Part shown: positions 28,003 through 38,417 of the stretch, piece after piece
How the letters are laid out: each line of letters starts with the position of its first letter
Position numbering within the stretch: position 1 is the stretch's first letter
Origin: Chitinophagaceae bacterium
Lineage (GTDB): Bacteria; Bacteroidota; Bacteroidia; Chitinophagales; Chitinophagaceae
Assembly (NCBI GenBank): GCA_019638595.1
Contig: JAHBTJ010000007.1
Location: forward strand, 229,674-293,673
Reading direction: 5' to 3'
DNA: 64,000 bases
Translations under genes and position numbers: made by a program
The notes under the pieces: generated by a model
Databases searched by the model: none
What the model was told of the DNA's origin: nothing
The model's input: only the letters and a program-made list of their open reading frames with translations

Positions 28003-29796
28003 ATGAAAAGATTATTGTTGATATACGCAGCCGGTATTATGCTGGCGCTGGGCGCATGTAAAAAAAGTTTTCTTGAGGTGCCGCCACCCAATGTTATAAC
28101 AATTGATGGCTTGGGTAATAAAGCCGGTGTTCAGCAGCTATTGGTAGGCGCCTATCACGACCTGACAGGTTTAACCATTCGTTCAGGATGGTGGAGCACA
28201 TCCGGTACTAACTGGATATATGGTGATATTACAGCCGGTGATGCATACCGTGGAGGAAGCAATGATGGAAATGATGGTGTGATCATTGAACATTTTCAAA
28301 CAGTCCCCTCCACGGGATATCTTTCCGATAAATGGCGGTCTGATTACGATGGGGTATCAAGAAGTAATGCCGTGATCCTGGCTGCGAATGTTGCACAGGA
28401 TATGAACGAGGAAGAAAAGAATACAGCTATTGCAGAAGCCCGTTTTCTCCGGGGGCATTTTCATTTTGATGCAAAAAAAATATTTAATAATGTTCCCTAT
28501 ATTGACGAAACCGTTACAGATTTTAAAATAGCCAATACAGAAGATATATGGGCGAGGATTGAAGCTGATTTTCAGTTTGCATACGACCATCTTCCGGATA
28601 TCCGGCCATTAAAAGGACAAGCCAACAAGTGGGCCGCCGCCTGTTACCTTGCCAAATCCTATATGTTTCAAAAAAAGTTTACAGAAGCAAAAACGCTCCT
28701 GGACAATATTATCCCGGCGGCATATGGAGGCAGCGGATCCGGCGTTAATTCCCAGGGAAAACCGTATGCATTGGTAGAAAACTTTGATGATAATTTTAAT
28801 GCGGCAACAGAAAATAACGAAGAGCAGGTTTTCCAGATACAGTTTTCTGTAAACGATGGATCCAACGGAGGAAATGAAAATATCGGGGAATCTGCCAATA
28901 CACCTGCCTTTTGGCCTTTAAGCAGCTTTTATACCACCTGGAAGCAACCTTCATTTAACCTGGTAAACGCATTTAAAACAGATGCGAACGGCTTGCCGAT
29001 GCTGGATACATTTAACGTAACCAACATGAAGAACGATCAGAATGTGGCATTTGATGATTACGCATATTCTACTTACCAGGGAACGGTTGATCCGCGGCTT
29101 GACTGGACGGTTGGTCGTCGCGGCGTTCCGTATCTTGACTGGGCTTCTCCCAGCTATTATGGTGACAATGCAACCGGCTATTCTTCCTATCCGAGTTCCG
29201 ATCCTAACCTGGGCTGGATAAATGACAGGACTTTTGGAGGGCCCTATTCCCCGGTAAAAAATAATTATCGTGCCAGCCAGGTAGGGATATACAGCGATAA
29301 TTACGCGCAGGGATACCTGCTGGGCAGTGCAGTGAATTACAGTATTATCCGTTTTGCTGATGTATTATTATGGGCTGCTGAATGCGAAACGGAAATTGGA
29401 TCGCTTGAAAGGGCGCAGCAACTGGTGAACTATGTACGAGAAAGAGCAATGAACGGGCGAATGGTGGAAGTTGCATATGATTATATAGGAGGCTATTTAC
29501 CATCCGCAAATTACTATATAGGCTTATATACAGGCGCCTGGGATAAAGAGACCGCTACCAAAGCTGTTCGTTTTGAACGCAGGCTTGAATTAGCGCTGGA
29601 AGGTCACCGGTTTTTTGATCTGGTAAGATGGGGCATAGCTGCAGACTATATGAATGGCTATTTATCAACAGAAGTAAACAGGGTGCCTAACAATCTTACC
29701 GGTGTGCGTTTTACAGCCAACAGAAATGAATATTTCCCGATACCGCAGCAGGAAATAGATTTAAATCCCAAATTGGAACAAAATACCGGGTATTAG
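28003..29796 (+). CDS. SusD/RagB lipoprotein
   Basis: Lipobox LGAC, AEARFLRG, IIRFADVLL, ERRLELALEGHRFFDLVRWG, QNTGY end. Confidence 0.96.
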   Translation: MKRLLLIYAAGIMLALGACKKSFLEVPPPNVITIDGLGNKAGVQQLLVGAYHDLTGLTIRSGWWSTSGTNWIYGDITAGDAYRGGSNDGNDGVIIEHFQTVPSTGYLSDKWRSDYDGVSRSNAVILAANVAQDMNEEEKNTAIAEARFLRGHFHFDAKKIFNNVPYIDETVTDFKIANTEDIWARIEADFQFAYDHLPDIRPLKGQANKWAAACYLAKSYMFQKKFTEAKTLLDNIIPAAYGGSGSGVNSQGKPYALVENFDDNFNAATENNEEQVFQIQFSVNDGSNGGNENIGESANTPAFWPLSSFYTTWKQPSFNLVNAFKTDANGLPMLDTFNVTNMKNDQNVAFDDYAYSTYQGTVDPRLDWTVGRRGVPYLDWASPSYYGDNATGYSSYPSSDPNLGWINDRTFGGPYSPVKNNYRASQVGIYSDNYAQGYLLGSAVNYSIIRFADVLLWAAECETEIGSLERAQQLVNYVRERAMNGRMVEVAYDYIGGYLPSANYYIGLYTGAWDKETATKAVRFERRLELALEGHRFFDLVRWGIAADYMNGYLSTEVNRVPNNLTGVRFTANRNEYFPIPQQEIDLNPKLEQNTGY

Positions 29797-29848
29797 GTAC
29801 AGCGAAACGGTGGGTATTGATAAAAAACAATACCTGCTTTTGTTTTTC

Positions 29849-30868
29849 ATGAAAGCATATTGCAGCATTATATCATTGTTTCTTGTTTTAAGCGTAGCGG
29901 CACAGGATAGTATGTGCTGTAAGCCTGTATTCCTGTCAAAAGGAGTCAGCAGGATTGAAGTGAACAGGCAATATTTCTATAAACCTGCAGCAACAGATTC
30001 ATCCGGCAAAAAGGTAATAATAGGAGCTATTAAATTGCCTGGCGGCTTACTATGGAATGCAGGCAATAGCACCATATCGGGGGTTATTACAAAAGCCGGC
30101 CAACACCCTGTTCAACTGTTTGCTACTAACGGAAAAGATACCACGAAGCAGCTTTTTATGCTTACGGTGTTTAACAACGCCACAACCAATATTCTTTGCA
30201 TTGGAAATTCCATTACTAACGGTACGGGCAAATACAACAGTTACCGTCGTGATTTGTGGAAGCTGTTGCATACTGGCAAATATAATTTTGATATGATCGG
30301 TTCCTGGGATAAACATCATATGGGCGGCGCGGTTCCTGGCCCTGATTTTGATATGGACCATGAAGGACATTCGGGCTGGACGGCCGCAGATATATTTCAG
30401 CCTCCTTCATGGGACAGCGCCAGGGGAAATATATACTCGTGGATGCAATTGTATACACCCGGTATCGTATTGGTTGAACTGGGTACCAATGATGTTTTCC
30501 AGTGCAGGAGCGTAAAGGATATTATTGGTGACTTTACCAGGCTCGTACAATTGTTGCGTGACAGGAATAAAAATGTAAAAATCTTTTTTGCTAAAATCCC
30601 ACCTTTAGGTAAACAATGGGCGTCTGAAAAATTATGCGGCAATGACACTACATACCGTAGCCGCATATTGCAGCTCAATAAAGCGATCGGGTTCTTTGCC
30701 CGGAAAAATTCAACAAAGGCCTCACCTGTTATTGCAGTAGATCAATTTTCAGGTGTAGATACAGATAAGGATATGTATGATGATATTCATCCCAATGCAT
30801 CCGGCGAAAGAAAAATGGCAGGGCGTTGGTACAATGCCATAAAGAAATATTTGCACAAACTCAATTAA
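29849..30868 (+). CDS. SGNH/GDSL esterase (CE3-like) with N-terminal Ig-like domain
   Basis: GNSIT (catalytic Ser block), HEGHSG, LGTND, DDIHPN. Confidence 0.85.
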   Translation: MKAYCSIISLFLVLSVAAQDSMCCKPVFLSKGVSRIEVNRQYFYKPAATDSSGKKVIIGAIKLPGGLLWNAGNSTISGVITKAGQHPVQLFATNGKDTTKQLFMLTVFNNATTNILCIGNSITNGTGKYNSYRRDLWKLLHTGKYNFDMIGSWDKHHMGGAVPGPDFDMDHEGHSGWTAADIFQPPSWDSARGNIYSWMQLYTPGIVLVELGTNDVFQCRSVKDIIGDFTRLVQLLRDRNKNVKIFFAKIPPLGKQWASEKLCGNDTTYRSRILQLNKAIGFFARKNSTKASPVIAVDQFSGVDTDKDMYDDIHPNASGERKMAGRWYNAIKKYLHKLN

Positions 30869-30870
30869 TT

Positions 30871-32433
30871 ATGCGCATATATAGAAAAGCTGTTTACATT
30901 ATTCCTGTTGTACTGATTTTTTCCTGCGTACAAAAAAGGGACGGTCATATGAATTTCCCTCATAGCAGGGCCTATTACTTTAACAATACAGGCAGTGACG
31001 CTAACGATGGCAGCATCACCAATCCTTTTAAGTCAATTGAAAAACTAAATACACTTCAGTTGACCCCCGGTGATACTGTTTTTTTTGAAGGAGGGCAAAC
31101 GTTTAAAGGCAGCATCTATATCGATTCTAATGATGCCGGTAAAAAAGATCAGCCTGTAGTCATTACTTCTTCAGGCCCGGGCCGCGCTACCATATGTGGA
31201 GATGCCTTAACAGCCCTGACCCTTCACCGGAGCGGATTTATACAGGTATCCAACCTGAAACTGGAGGGATCCGGCAGAAAGCAGGGCAATACCAAAGACG
31301 GCATTATTGTGAATGAATGTAACAATGTGCGGCTGGATAGTTTATCCATCAAAGGTTTTCAGAAAGCGGGGTTGCTGGTATACAGCAGTACAGGTGTTGA
31401 TGTGAGCAATGTATATGCAACGGAGAACGGCTTTGCGGGGATCAGCGTAAGTGGCGCCGGGAAGAAAACAGATTGCAGTAATATCCGCATACGTAATTGC
31501 AGGGCAGAAAATAATCCCGGCGACCCGACAAATTTTACCAATCATAGCGGCAATGGTATTATAGCCGGTTATTGCAAAAATGTAACCATTGAGTATTGTA
31601 CGGCAACCAACAATGGCTGGGATATGCCGCGAAAGGGAAATGGTCCTGTAGGCATATGGTGTTATGAAGCGGATAGCGTAATCATACAGCATTGCATATC
31701 TTATAAAAACAAAACTGCACGTGGTGCTGCAGATGGTGGCGGATTTGATTTTGATGGCGGTGTTACTAACAGTGTAATTCAATATTGCCTGTCGTATGAA
31801 AATGAAGGCAGCGCTTTCGGGTTGTTTCAATATGCAGGGGCAGGTAACTGGTATAATAACACCATACGGTATTGTATAAGCGAAAATGATGGCAGTGTAT
31901 CTGCCGCGCAGGCGGGCGTATTTGTCTGGAATAGTTCTGACGATCCCGCTCAACTAAAAGATTGTTACTTCTACAACAATACCATTTACAATACAAAAGG
32001 CGCGGCCGTCAGCTACGAAGCACAAAGCCTGCATAGCAGCTTTCACTTTTATAATAATATTTTTGTGAGTAAGGATTCATTGATGTTGGGAAAAAATACC
32101 GGCAGTCATTTTACCGGCAATAACTGGTACAGCCTGAAAGATGGATTTAATATAAATGGCGTCAGAACATTGCAGGAATGGGCTGCAAAGAGCAAAGAAG
32201 AAATGTATAACGGAAAATTGGCTGGATTGAATATCAACCCGCAATTTGATAATACCGAAACTGATATTACAAACCCGGATTCGCTGAAATACTTTAATAA
32301 ATACCGGTTGCCTTCCTCCTCTGCATTGAGAATGGGTGGTATTCACTTGCAACAGGCTTTTAATATTAATAATGGCGGAAAAGCATTTAATCAAAATGAT
32401 GCTCCTGAAAATGGAATAGGCGCTTGTTTCTAA
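30871..32433 (+). CDS. Right-handed parallel beta-helix lipoprotein (lyase/glycosidase-like)
   Basis: Lipobox IFSC; G.D.N.G...P.KS start; repeated beta-helix rungs; DGGGFDFDGG. Confidence 0.8.
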   Translation: MRIYRKAVYIIPVVLIFSCVQKRDGHMNFPHSRAYYFNNTGSDANDGSITNPFKSIEKLNTLQLTPGDTVFFEGGQTFKGSIYIDSNDAGKKDQPVVITSSGPGRATICGDALTALTLHRSGFIQVSNLKLEGSGRKQGNTKDGIIVNECNNVRLDSLSIKGFQKAGLLVYSSTGVDVSNVYATENGFAGISVSGAGKKTDCSNIRIRNCRAENNPGDPTNFTNHSGNGIIAGYCKNVTIEYCTATNNGWDMPRKGNGPVGIWCYEADSVIIQHCISYKNKTARGAADGGGFDFDGGVTNSVIQYCLSYENEGSAFGLFQYAGAGNWYNNTIRYCISENDGSVSAAQAGVFVWNSSDDPAQLKDCYFYNNTIYNTKGAAVSYEAQSLHSSFHFYNNIFVSKDSLMLGKNTGSHFTGNNWYSLKDGFNINGVRTLQEWAAKSKEEMYNGKLAGLNINPQFDNTETDITNPDSLKYFNKYRLPSSSALRMGGIHLQQAFNINNGGKAFNQNDAPENGIGACF

Positions 32434-32609
32434 TTCTTTGCATTGTTTCGTGTTAACCTGTGTTTGTAAAAATAAAACCACGAAGGCACAACGGTACAAA
32501 GATAATTGTGATACTTAATCCGGCTGTCTTTATGGCTTTCAATCAGGAGGTTATAAGGGCATAAAGTATATTACATTGAAAATGATTATTTGAAATCTAA
32601 AATAATAGT

Positions 32610-33623
32610 ATGAAATATTATTTGCTGTTTTTGTTCATCCTCAGTTATTCTTTTTTACAAGCTCAAAACCAAAAAGTATTTATGCCAGGTGAAATATGGA
32701 AAGATGCAAATGGTGATCCTGTGAATGCGCATGGCGGCGGTTTGCTATATCACAATGGAACATATTACTGGTATGGTGAAATTAAAAAAGGGAAGACCTG
32801 GCGTGTGGAATATGTCACCAGTTGGGAAGATTATCGGGTGAATGCAGGTGGTGTAAGCTGCTACTCCTCCAAAGATTTATTGAACTGGAGATTTGAAGGC
32901 GTTGCCCTGAAACCCAATACGGCAGACAGCGCTCACGATCTGCATACAAGCAAAGTAATTGAACGTCCCAAAGTGATCTACAATGAAAAAACAAAAAAGT
33001 TCGTAATGTGGATGCATGTTGATTCGGAGGATTACGGCTATTCACGGTCAGGCGTTGCCGTGAGTGATAAACCCTCCGGCCCATTTACTTATGTAGGCAG
33101 TGTAAGACCCAACGGCGCTATGGCAAGGGATATGACAGTGTTCCGGGATGATGATGGCAAAGCATATCATTTTTACTCGTCGGAAAACAATGCTACCATG
33201 CATGTTTGTTTATTAAGTGAGGATTATCTTTCACATACCACAACAGAAAAAAGGATTTTAATAAACCAGTCCCGTGAAGCGCCTGCGGTATTCAAATTCA
33301 ACGGGAAATATTATCTCATATCTTCCGGTTGTACCGGCTGGTCGCCCAATCCCGCCTCGTACGCGGTTGCCGGTCAAATATTGGGAGAGTGGACAGAATA
33401 TGATAATCCATGCGCCGGCCCCGGAGCTGATACTACTTACGGCGCTCAAAGCACGTATGTACAACCTGTGATGGGAAAAAAGAATGCCTTTATTTTTCTT
33501 GCGGACAGGTGGAATAAGTTAGATCTGGAAGACTCAAGGTATGTTTGGCTGCCGATGGTGATAAAGAATGGCAAGCCGGTAATTGAATGGAGGGGGCAAT
33601 GGGATTTATCGGTTTTTAAGTGA
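32610..33623 (+). CDS. GH43 glycoside hydrolase (subfamily 24-like, beta-galactanase type)
   Basis: NAHGGG, YYWYGE, ERPKV, RDMTVF, REAPA, GW.PN, ADRW, YVWLP. Confidence 0.88.
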   Translation: MKYYLLFLFILSYSFLQAQNQKVFMPGEIWKDANGDPVNAHGGGLLYHNGTYYWYGEIKKGKTWRVEYVTSWEDYRVNAGGVSCYSSKDLLNWRFEGVALKPNTADSAHDLHTSKVIERPKVIYNEKTKKFVMWMHVDSEDYGYSRSGVAVSDKPSGPFTYVGSVRPNGAMARDMTVFRDDDGKAYHFYSSENNATMHVCLLSEDYLSHTTTEKRILINQSREAPAVFKFNGKYYLISSGCTGWSPNPASYAVAGQILGEWTEYDNPCAGPGADTTYGAQSTYVQPVMGKKNAFIFLADRWNKLDLEDSRYVWLPMVIKNGKPVIEWRGQWDLSVFK

Positions 33624-33638
33624 ACAACTATTTACTGC

Positions 33639-33691
33639 TGCTGTGCGTGGCGTCTTCGCCACGCACCATTCTGTTGTCGCCTACTGGCGAC
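33639..33691 (+). repeat. REP-like double hairpin, family B, copy 1
   Basis: TGCTG + TGCGTGGCG-TCTT-CGCCACGCA, then GTCGCC-TACT-GGCGAC. Confidence 0.8.
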
Positions 33692-33757
33692 CCATCCCGA
33701 TGACCCTTGCATGCCATATGTTATTTGTCCGTATTTTTGTCCCTTCATTTTATCGGG

Positions 33758-34171
33758 ATGAGTAAAAAAGTAGCTGTATATAGAAGAGAACGTTTTAACG
33801 CGGCGCATAGATTGAGTAATCCCACATGGGATGATGAAACCAATTTTAGCGTATTCGGCAAATGCAGCAACCCGCATTACCACGGGCATAATTATGAGCT
33901 GGAGGTGAAAGTTACAGGTGAACCTGCCGCTGAAACCGGTTTTGTAATGGATCTAAAAGTGTTGTCTGATCTTATTAAAGAAGAAGTGATCGAAAGGTTT
34001 GACCATAAAAACCTGAACCTGGATACCAAAGAATTTAAAAACCTGAATCCTACGGCTGAGAATATCGCCATTGTAATTTATGATCTGCTTCGGCCGAGAA
34101 TAGACAAAAAGAATGATATTCAGATCAGGCTATACGAAACACCAAGGAATTTTGTTGAATACCCTGCGTAA
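33758..34171 (+). CDS. queD: 6-carboxytetrahydropterin synthase (QueD/PTPS) paralog 2
   Basis: [29 protein letters not shown]; directly upstream of folE. Confidence 0.9.
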   Translation: MSKKVAVYRRERFNAAHRLSNPTWDDETNFSVFGKCSNPHYHGHNYELEVKVTGEPAAETGFVMDLKVLSDLIKEEVIERFDHKNLNLDTKEFKNLNPTAENIAIVIYDLLRPRIDKKNDIQIRLYETPRNFVEYPA

Positions 34172-34200
34172 TTATTCGCAATAAAAAATTTGATCTGCAC

Positions 34201-34797
34201 ATGGCATACAAAAAGGTTGAGGAATACGATGATGATACTACTGCTTCATTAGTTGAAGCATACGAAAGGGCATTAGGCTTATTAGGAGAAGACCCGAAGA
34301 GAGAAGGCCTGCTTAAAACGCCGGAACGTATTGCTAAAGCAATGCAGTTCATGACCCAGGGATATCAGCAAAGTTCAAGAGAGATATTGAACTCCGCGAA
34401 ATTTCATGAGCCGATCAGCGAAATGATCATTGTAAAAGACATTGAAGTATACAGCATGTGCGAGCATCATATGCTGCCGTTTTTCGGGAAAGCGCATGTA
34501 GCGTATATACCTAACGGCTGGATAACAGGCCTTAGCAAAATTGCCCGTGTAGTAGATGTATATGCCCGCCGCTTGCAGGTGCAGGAAAGGCTGACCACGC
34601 AAATACTGGACGCCATAAAAGACGCTTTACAACCCCTGGGTGTTGCTGTAGTTATTGAAGCTTCACATTTATGTATGATGATGCGTGGTGTGCAAAAGCA
34701 AAACTCAGTTACGACTACATCTGCTTTTTTCGGTGAGTTTGAAAAGAACGAAACCAGGAGTGAGTTTATACGATTGATCGGCTCAACTTTACACTAA
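34201..34797 (+). CDS. folE: GTP cyclohydrolase I
   Basis: [45 protein letters not shown]. Confidence 0.98.
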   Translation: MAYKKVEEYDDDTTASLVEAYERALGLLGEDPKREGLLKTPERIAKAMQFMTQGYQQSSREILNSAKFHEPISEMIIVKDIEVYSMCEHHMLPFFGKAHVAYIPNGWITGLSKIARVVDVYARRLQVQERLTTQILDAIKDALQPLGVAVVIEASHLCMMMRGVQKQNSVTTTSAFFGEFEKNETRSEFIRLIGSTLH

Positions 34798-34807
34798 AGC
34801 AAAATGT

Positions 34808-35524
34808 ATGGCTGATACGGAAGTTTCCCGCCTCTCCAGGCTTACAGCCATACTCACGTATCTTCAGTCGCGCAGGCTGGTAACCGCCACGGTAATAGCT
34901 AAAAAATTTGATGTCAGCATACGCACGGTTTACAGGGATCTACGGGCACTTGAACTGGCAGGTGTGCCCATCCTCACCGAAGAAGGCAAAGGATACAAGC
35001 TGATGGATGGCTACACGCTTCCTCCGCTGATGCTCACAGAGCCGGAAGCCAATGCCTTGATTACTGCTGAACAGTTGGTAATAAAAAACAAAGACGCATC
35101 GTTTGTACAGCACTATACAGAGGCAGTAAACAAGATCAGATCCCTGCTGAGGAATAGTACAAAGGATAAAGCGGAACTATTATCCGGCAGGATACAAATA
35201 AGGCAAAACAATGCCGGTAATTTTACAAGTAATTTTTTATCTGCCATACAGCTCTCTATTACCAACTTCACTGTTGTAAAAATTGAATACAGATCGGTTG
35301 AAACGGCACAAACTTCCTTTCGTGACATTGAATCGCTGGCGTTATACAGCACACAGGAGAACTGGATACTGATCGCCTGGTGCAGGATGAGAAAAGAGCT
35401 ACGGTCATTCAGGCTTGATCGTATTCAGAAGCTCGAAGTTACAAATGAAAAATTCCACCCTCATGATTTTGACCTGGAAAAGCATTTCGAAGCATGCCGG
35501 AAAAATTTTTCTGCCAACCCCTGA
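34808..35524 (+). CDS. YafY-family HTH-WYL transcriptional regulator
   Basis: VSIRTVYRDL, GYKL, LPPLM, WILIAWCRMRKELRSFRLDRI. Confidence 0.95.
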   Translation: MADTEVSRLSRLTAILTYLQSRRLVTATVIAKKFDVSIRTVYRDLRALELAGVPILTEEGKGYKLMDGYTLPPLMLTEPEANALITAEQLVIKNKDASFVQHYTEAVNKIRSLLRNSTKDKAELLSGRIQIRQNNAGNFTSNFLSAIQLSITNFTVVKIEYRSVETAQTSFRDIESLALYSTQENWILIAWCRMRKELRSFRLDRIQKLEVTNEKFHPHDFDLEKHFEACRKNFSANP

Positions 35525-35556
35525 CATACAGTTGTCACAAGCCTGTTATAGGTTTG
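35522..35556 (+). promoter_or_regulatory. Palindromic operator plus -7 box upstream of GyrI-like gene
   Basis: TGACA-N6-TGTCA at 35522-35537 (overlapping the yafY stop) and TAGGTTTG at 35549-35556. Confidence 0.6.
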
Positions 35557-35573
35557 CTTTATAAAAAAGCAAT

Positions 35574-36026
35574 ATGATCAAACAAAACGAAAAAGTGCTG
35601 ATTGCAGGACTGGCGATCAGAACCACCAACGAAAACGGGCAATCCGCAACCGACATTCCGGCTTTATGGCAAAGATTTTTTGCTGAAGACATTATGAATA
35701 AGCTGCCCGGCAAAATAGATAATACTATTTATTGCCTGTATACTGATTATGAAAAAGATCATACCCGGCCATATACAACACTGCTGGGCTGCAGGGTTCA
35801 TGAGGAAGTGAATGAGCCGGGTATTACAACAAAAGCTTTTACAGGCGATAAATACCAGGTGTTTATTGCAAAAGGCGCAATAGAAGACGGCATTGTATTT
35901 AACGAATGGCTGAAAATATGGAATGCCGGTATAGATCGGCTCTACACTACCGATATTGAGATATATGGCAAAAAGGCGAAGGATAAGCTGAATGCTGAAA
36001 TCCCTATATTAGTGGCGGTAAAATAA
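35574..36026 (+). CDS. GyrI-like effector-binding protein
   Basis: AGLAIRTTN, IPALWQRF, YTDYE, WLKIWN, RLYTTDIEIY. Confidence 0.85.
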   Translation: MIKQNEKVLIAGLAIRTTNENGQSATDIPALWQRFFAEDIMNKLPGKIDNTIYCLYTDYEKDHTRPYTTLLGCRVHEEVNEPGITTKAFTGDKYQVFIAKGAIEDGIVFNEWLKIWNAGIDRLYTTDIEIYGKKAKDKLNAEIPILVAVK

Positions 36027-36037
36027 TTAGAATTAAT

Positions 36038-36385
36038 ATGCTCCGCCCGATAGACATTTTCTTTCTTGAAAAAGAAGAGCCTGTTAAAAGCTGTCTTTTG
36101 TTTTTGCGGGAGTTTATTCCAAAATTGGATAGACGTATAACAGAAGAGTGGAAATACGGGTTGCCGTTTTATTATTTAAACGGCAGGATGTTTTGTTATA
36201 TATGGATCCATAAAAAGCTTAAGCAGCCCTATATCGGTATTGTGGAAGGCAATAAATTAAATCACCCCGATTTATTGCAGGAAAAAAGAGCAAGAATGAA
36301 AATTTTATTGATTGATCCTGCAAAAGATATTCCTGTAAAGAAAATCAAACTGATATTGAAAGAAGCCATTGCGCTGTACAAATAA
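36038..36385 (+). CDS. DUF1801-like protein
   Basis: EEWKYGLPFY, FCYIW, KQPYIG. Confidence 0.8.
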   Translation: MLRPIDIFFLEKEEPVKSCLLFLREFIPKLDRRITEEWKYGLPFYYLNGRMFCYIWIHKKLKQPYIGIVEGNKLNHPDLLQEKRARMKILLIDPAKDIPVKKIKLILKEAIALYK

Positions 36386-36409
36386 TATCTTTGGAACAAA
36401 GATGAGCTT

Positions 36410-37351
36410 ATGTATAGAAAAGTACAGTATGCGATTGCCCTGATACTGACGCTTTCCATTCAGGCATTTTCTCAAAACGATACAATATATATGTTCTCTT
36501 ATTTCAAAGGAAATGGAGAAGACGGATTACACCTGGCATATAGCAGGGATGGCTATTCTTTTAAAACATTGAATAACGACCAGTCGCTTTTAACTCCGGA
36601 GCTGAGCAGGGATAAGCTGATGCGGGATCCCTGTATTATCCGTGGCGCAGATGGATTGTTTCACATGGTATGGACAGTGAGCTGGAATGAAAAGGGAATA
36701 GGCTACGCCTCTTCCCCTGACCTTAAAAACTGGAACAGGCAACTATACATCCCCGTTATGGAACATGAGCCGGAGGCGCTGAATACCTGGGCGCCCGAAA
36801 TTACCTTCGACAAAAAAAATAAGCAATACGTTATTTATTGGGCAACATCTATACCCGGACGTTTTCCTGCAACAGATTCATCCGGTGACGGTAAGTACAA
36901 TCACAGAATGTATTATGTAACGACCAAAGATTTTAAAACATTCAGCAAAGCTGCAATATTACTAGATCCCGGGTTTAATGTAATTGATGCTACCATACAG
37001 GATAACGGTAACGGGTATCTAATGTTTTTGAAAGATGAAACCAAAAGACCCCTGCCGGAGAAGAATTTAAAAATTGCCTTCAGTAAAAATGTTACAGGTA
37101 AGTATAGCCAACCCTCAAAGCCCATCACCGGTAATTATTGGGCGGAAGGGCCGACAGCTATTAAAGTAAAGGGTAAATGGGTTGTATATTTTGATAAGTA
37201 TATGGATCACAAATATGGCGCTGTAACATCTGCCGATTTGAAAACCTGGGAAGATATTTCCGATAAAATCAGTTTTCCTGGAGGAACAAGGCACGGAACG
37301 GTATTTGCCATAACACAAAAAGAGTTTGAACAGTTTTTTGGTCAGCCATAA
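36410..37351 (+). CDS. GH43-like five-bladed beta-propeller glycosidase
   Basis: GLHLAYS.DG, MRDP, WAPE, VIDATI, FLKDE, AEGP, RHG. Confidence 0.85.
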   Translation: MYRKVQYAIALILTLSIQAFSQNDTIYMFSYFKGNGEDGLHLAYSRDGYSFKTLNNDQSLLTPELSRDKLMRDPCIIRGADGLFHMVWTVSWNEKGIGYASSPDLKNWNRQLYIPVMEHEPEALNTWAPEITFDKKNKQYVIYWATSIPGRFPATDSSGDGKYNHRMYYVTTKDFKTFSKAAILLDPGFNVIDATIQDNGNGYLMFLKDETKRPLPEKNLKIAFSKNVTGKYSQPSKPITGNYWAEGPTAIKVKGKWVVYFDKYMDHKYGAVTSADLKTWEDISDKISFPGGTRHGTVFAITQKEFEQFFGQP

Positions 37352-37389
37352 AATTTGATAGGCTGTTTGATGGTTGTGTGCGGCGTGCC

Positions 37390-37441
37390 TGCTGTGCGTG
37401 GCGTCTTCGCCGCGAACGCCTTCCCTGTCGCCTCTGAAGAC
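37390..37441 (+). repeat. REP-like double hairpin, family B, copy 2 (degenerate)
   Basis: TGCTGTGCGTGGCGTCTTCGCC...TGTCGCCTC; the first 22 nt are identical to copy 1. Confidence 0.75.
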
Positions 37442-37529
37442 GCAGAAATAAATTAAATACTCGTTTCCCAAATCCCCCTATTTTTGTCGCATATAAAACA
37501 CGCTGCAAAGCCAGCTAAAAACAACAACA

Positions 37530-38417
37530 ATGAAACATGCTTATGTATTTCCCGGCCAGGGTTCACAATTTTCAGGAATGGGCAAAGAGCTATACGAGAG
37601 TAATGCAGCAGCAAAAGAATTGTTTGAACAGGCCAACAGCATAGCAGGATTTCGTATTTCCGATATTATGTTTACAGGCACGGATGAAGACCTGAAGCAA
37701 ACAAAAGTTACGCAGCCCGCCATATTTCTGCATTCTGTTATCTTATATAAAACATTGGGCGAAGTAAAACCGGATATGGTTGCCGGGCACTCTTTAGGTG
37801 AATTTTCCGCGCTGGTTGCCAATGGTGCTTTATCTTTTGAAGATGGCTTAAAGCTGGTAATAGTACGTGCCAATGCCATGCAGAAAGCATGTGAAATAAA
37901 TCCATCTTCCATGGCGGCGGTGCTGGCGTTGGATGATGCCAAAGTAGAAGAAGTATGTGCCGCTATTCAAAACGAAACCGGTGAGATTGTTGTGCCGGCT
38001 AATTATAATTGCCCCGGTCAGTTGGTAATAAGCGGCTCAACTAAAGGAATAGAGATTGCCATACAGCGTATGAAGGAAGCCGGTGCTAAAAGAGCATTGG
38101 CGCTGCCTGTTGGTGGTGCTTTTCATTCGCCGTTGATGGAGCCGGCCAAAGTGGAGCTGGCAGCCGCGGTTGAAGCAACAACATTCAACACACCTTCCTG
38201 CCCGGTATACCAGAATTTTACGGCATCTCCTGTAACCGATCCTGCCACCATCAAAAAAAATATTATTGACCAGTTAACCGGCGCCGTTAGATGGACGCAA
38301 AGCGTTCAGAAAATGATAGCAGACGGCGCTACAACTTTCACCGAGGTTGGCCCCGGTAAAGTATTGCAGGGATTGATCGTGAAGATTGATAAGAGTGTTG
38401 CAGTGGGAGGGGCATAA
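37530..38417 (+). CDS. fabD: Malonyl-CoA:ACP transacylase
   Basis: FPGQGSQ, TQPAI, GHSLGE, AFHS, EVGPGKVL; -7 box TATTTTTG at 37479-37486. Confidence 0.98.
   Translation: MKHAYVFPGQGSQFSGMGKELYESNAAAKELFEQANSIAGFRISDIMFTGTDEDLKQTKVTQPAIFLHSVILYKTLGEVKPDMVAGHSLGEFSALVANGALSFEDGLKLVIVRANAMQKACEINPSSMAAVLALDDAKVEEVCAAIQNETGEIVVPANYNCPGQLVISGSTKGIEIAIQRMKEAGAKRALALPVGGAFHSPLMEPAKVELAAAVEATTFNTPSCPVYQNFTASPVTDPATIKKNIIDQLTGAVRWTQSVQKMIADGATTFTEVGPGKVLQGLIVKIDKSVAVGGA

Noticed and set aside
32436-32502. Degenerate inverted repeat (TTCGTG...CACGAAGGCAC) between the beta-helix and GH43 genes
   Set aside because: Too degenerate to call as a terminator or element; single copy in the window.
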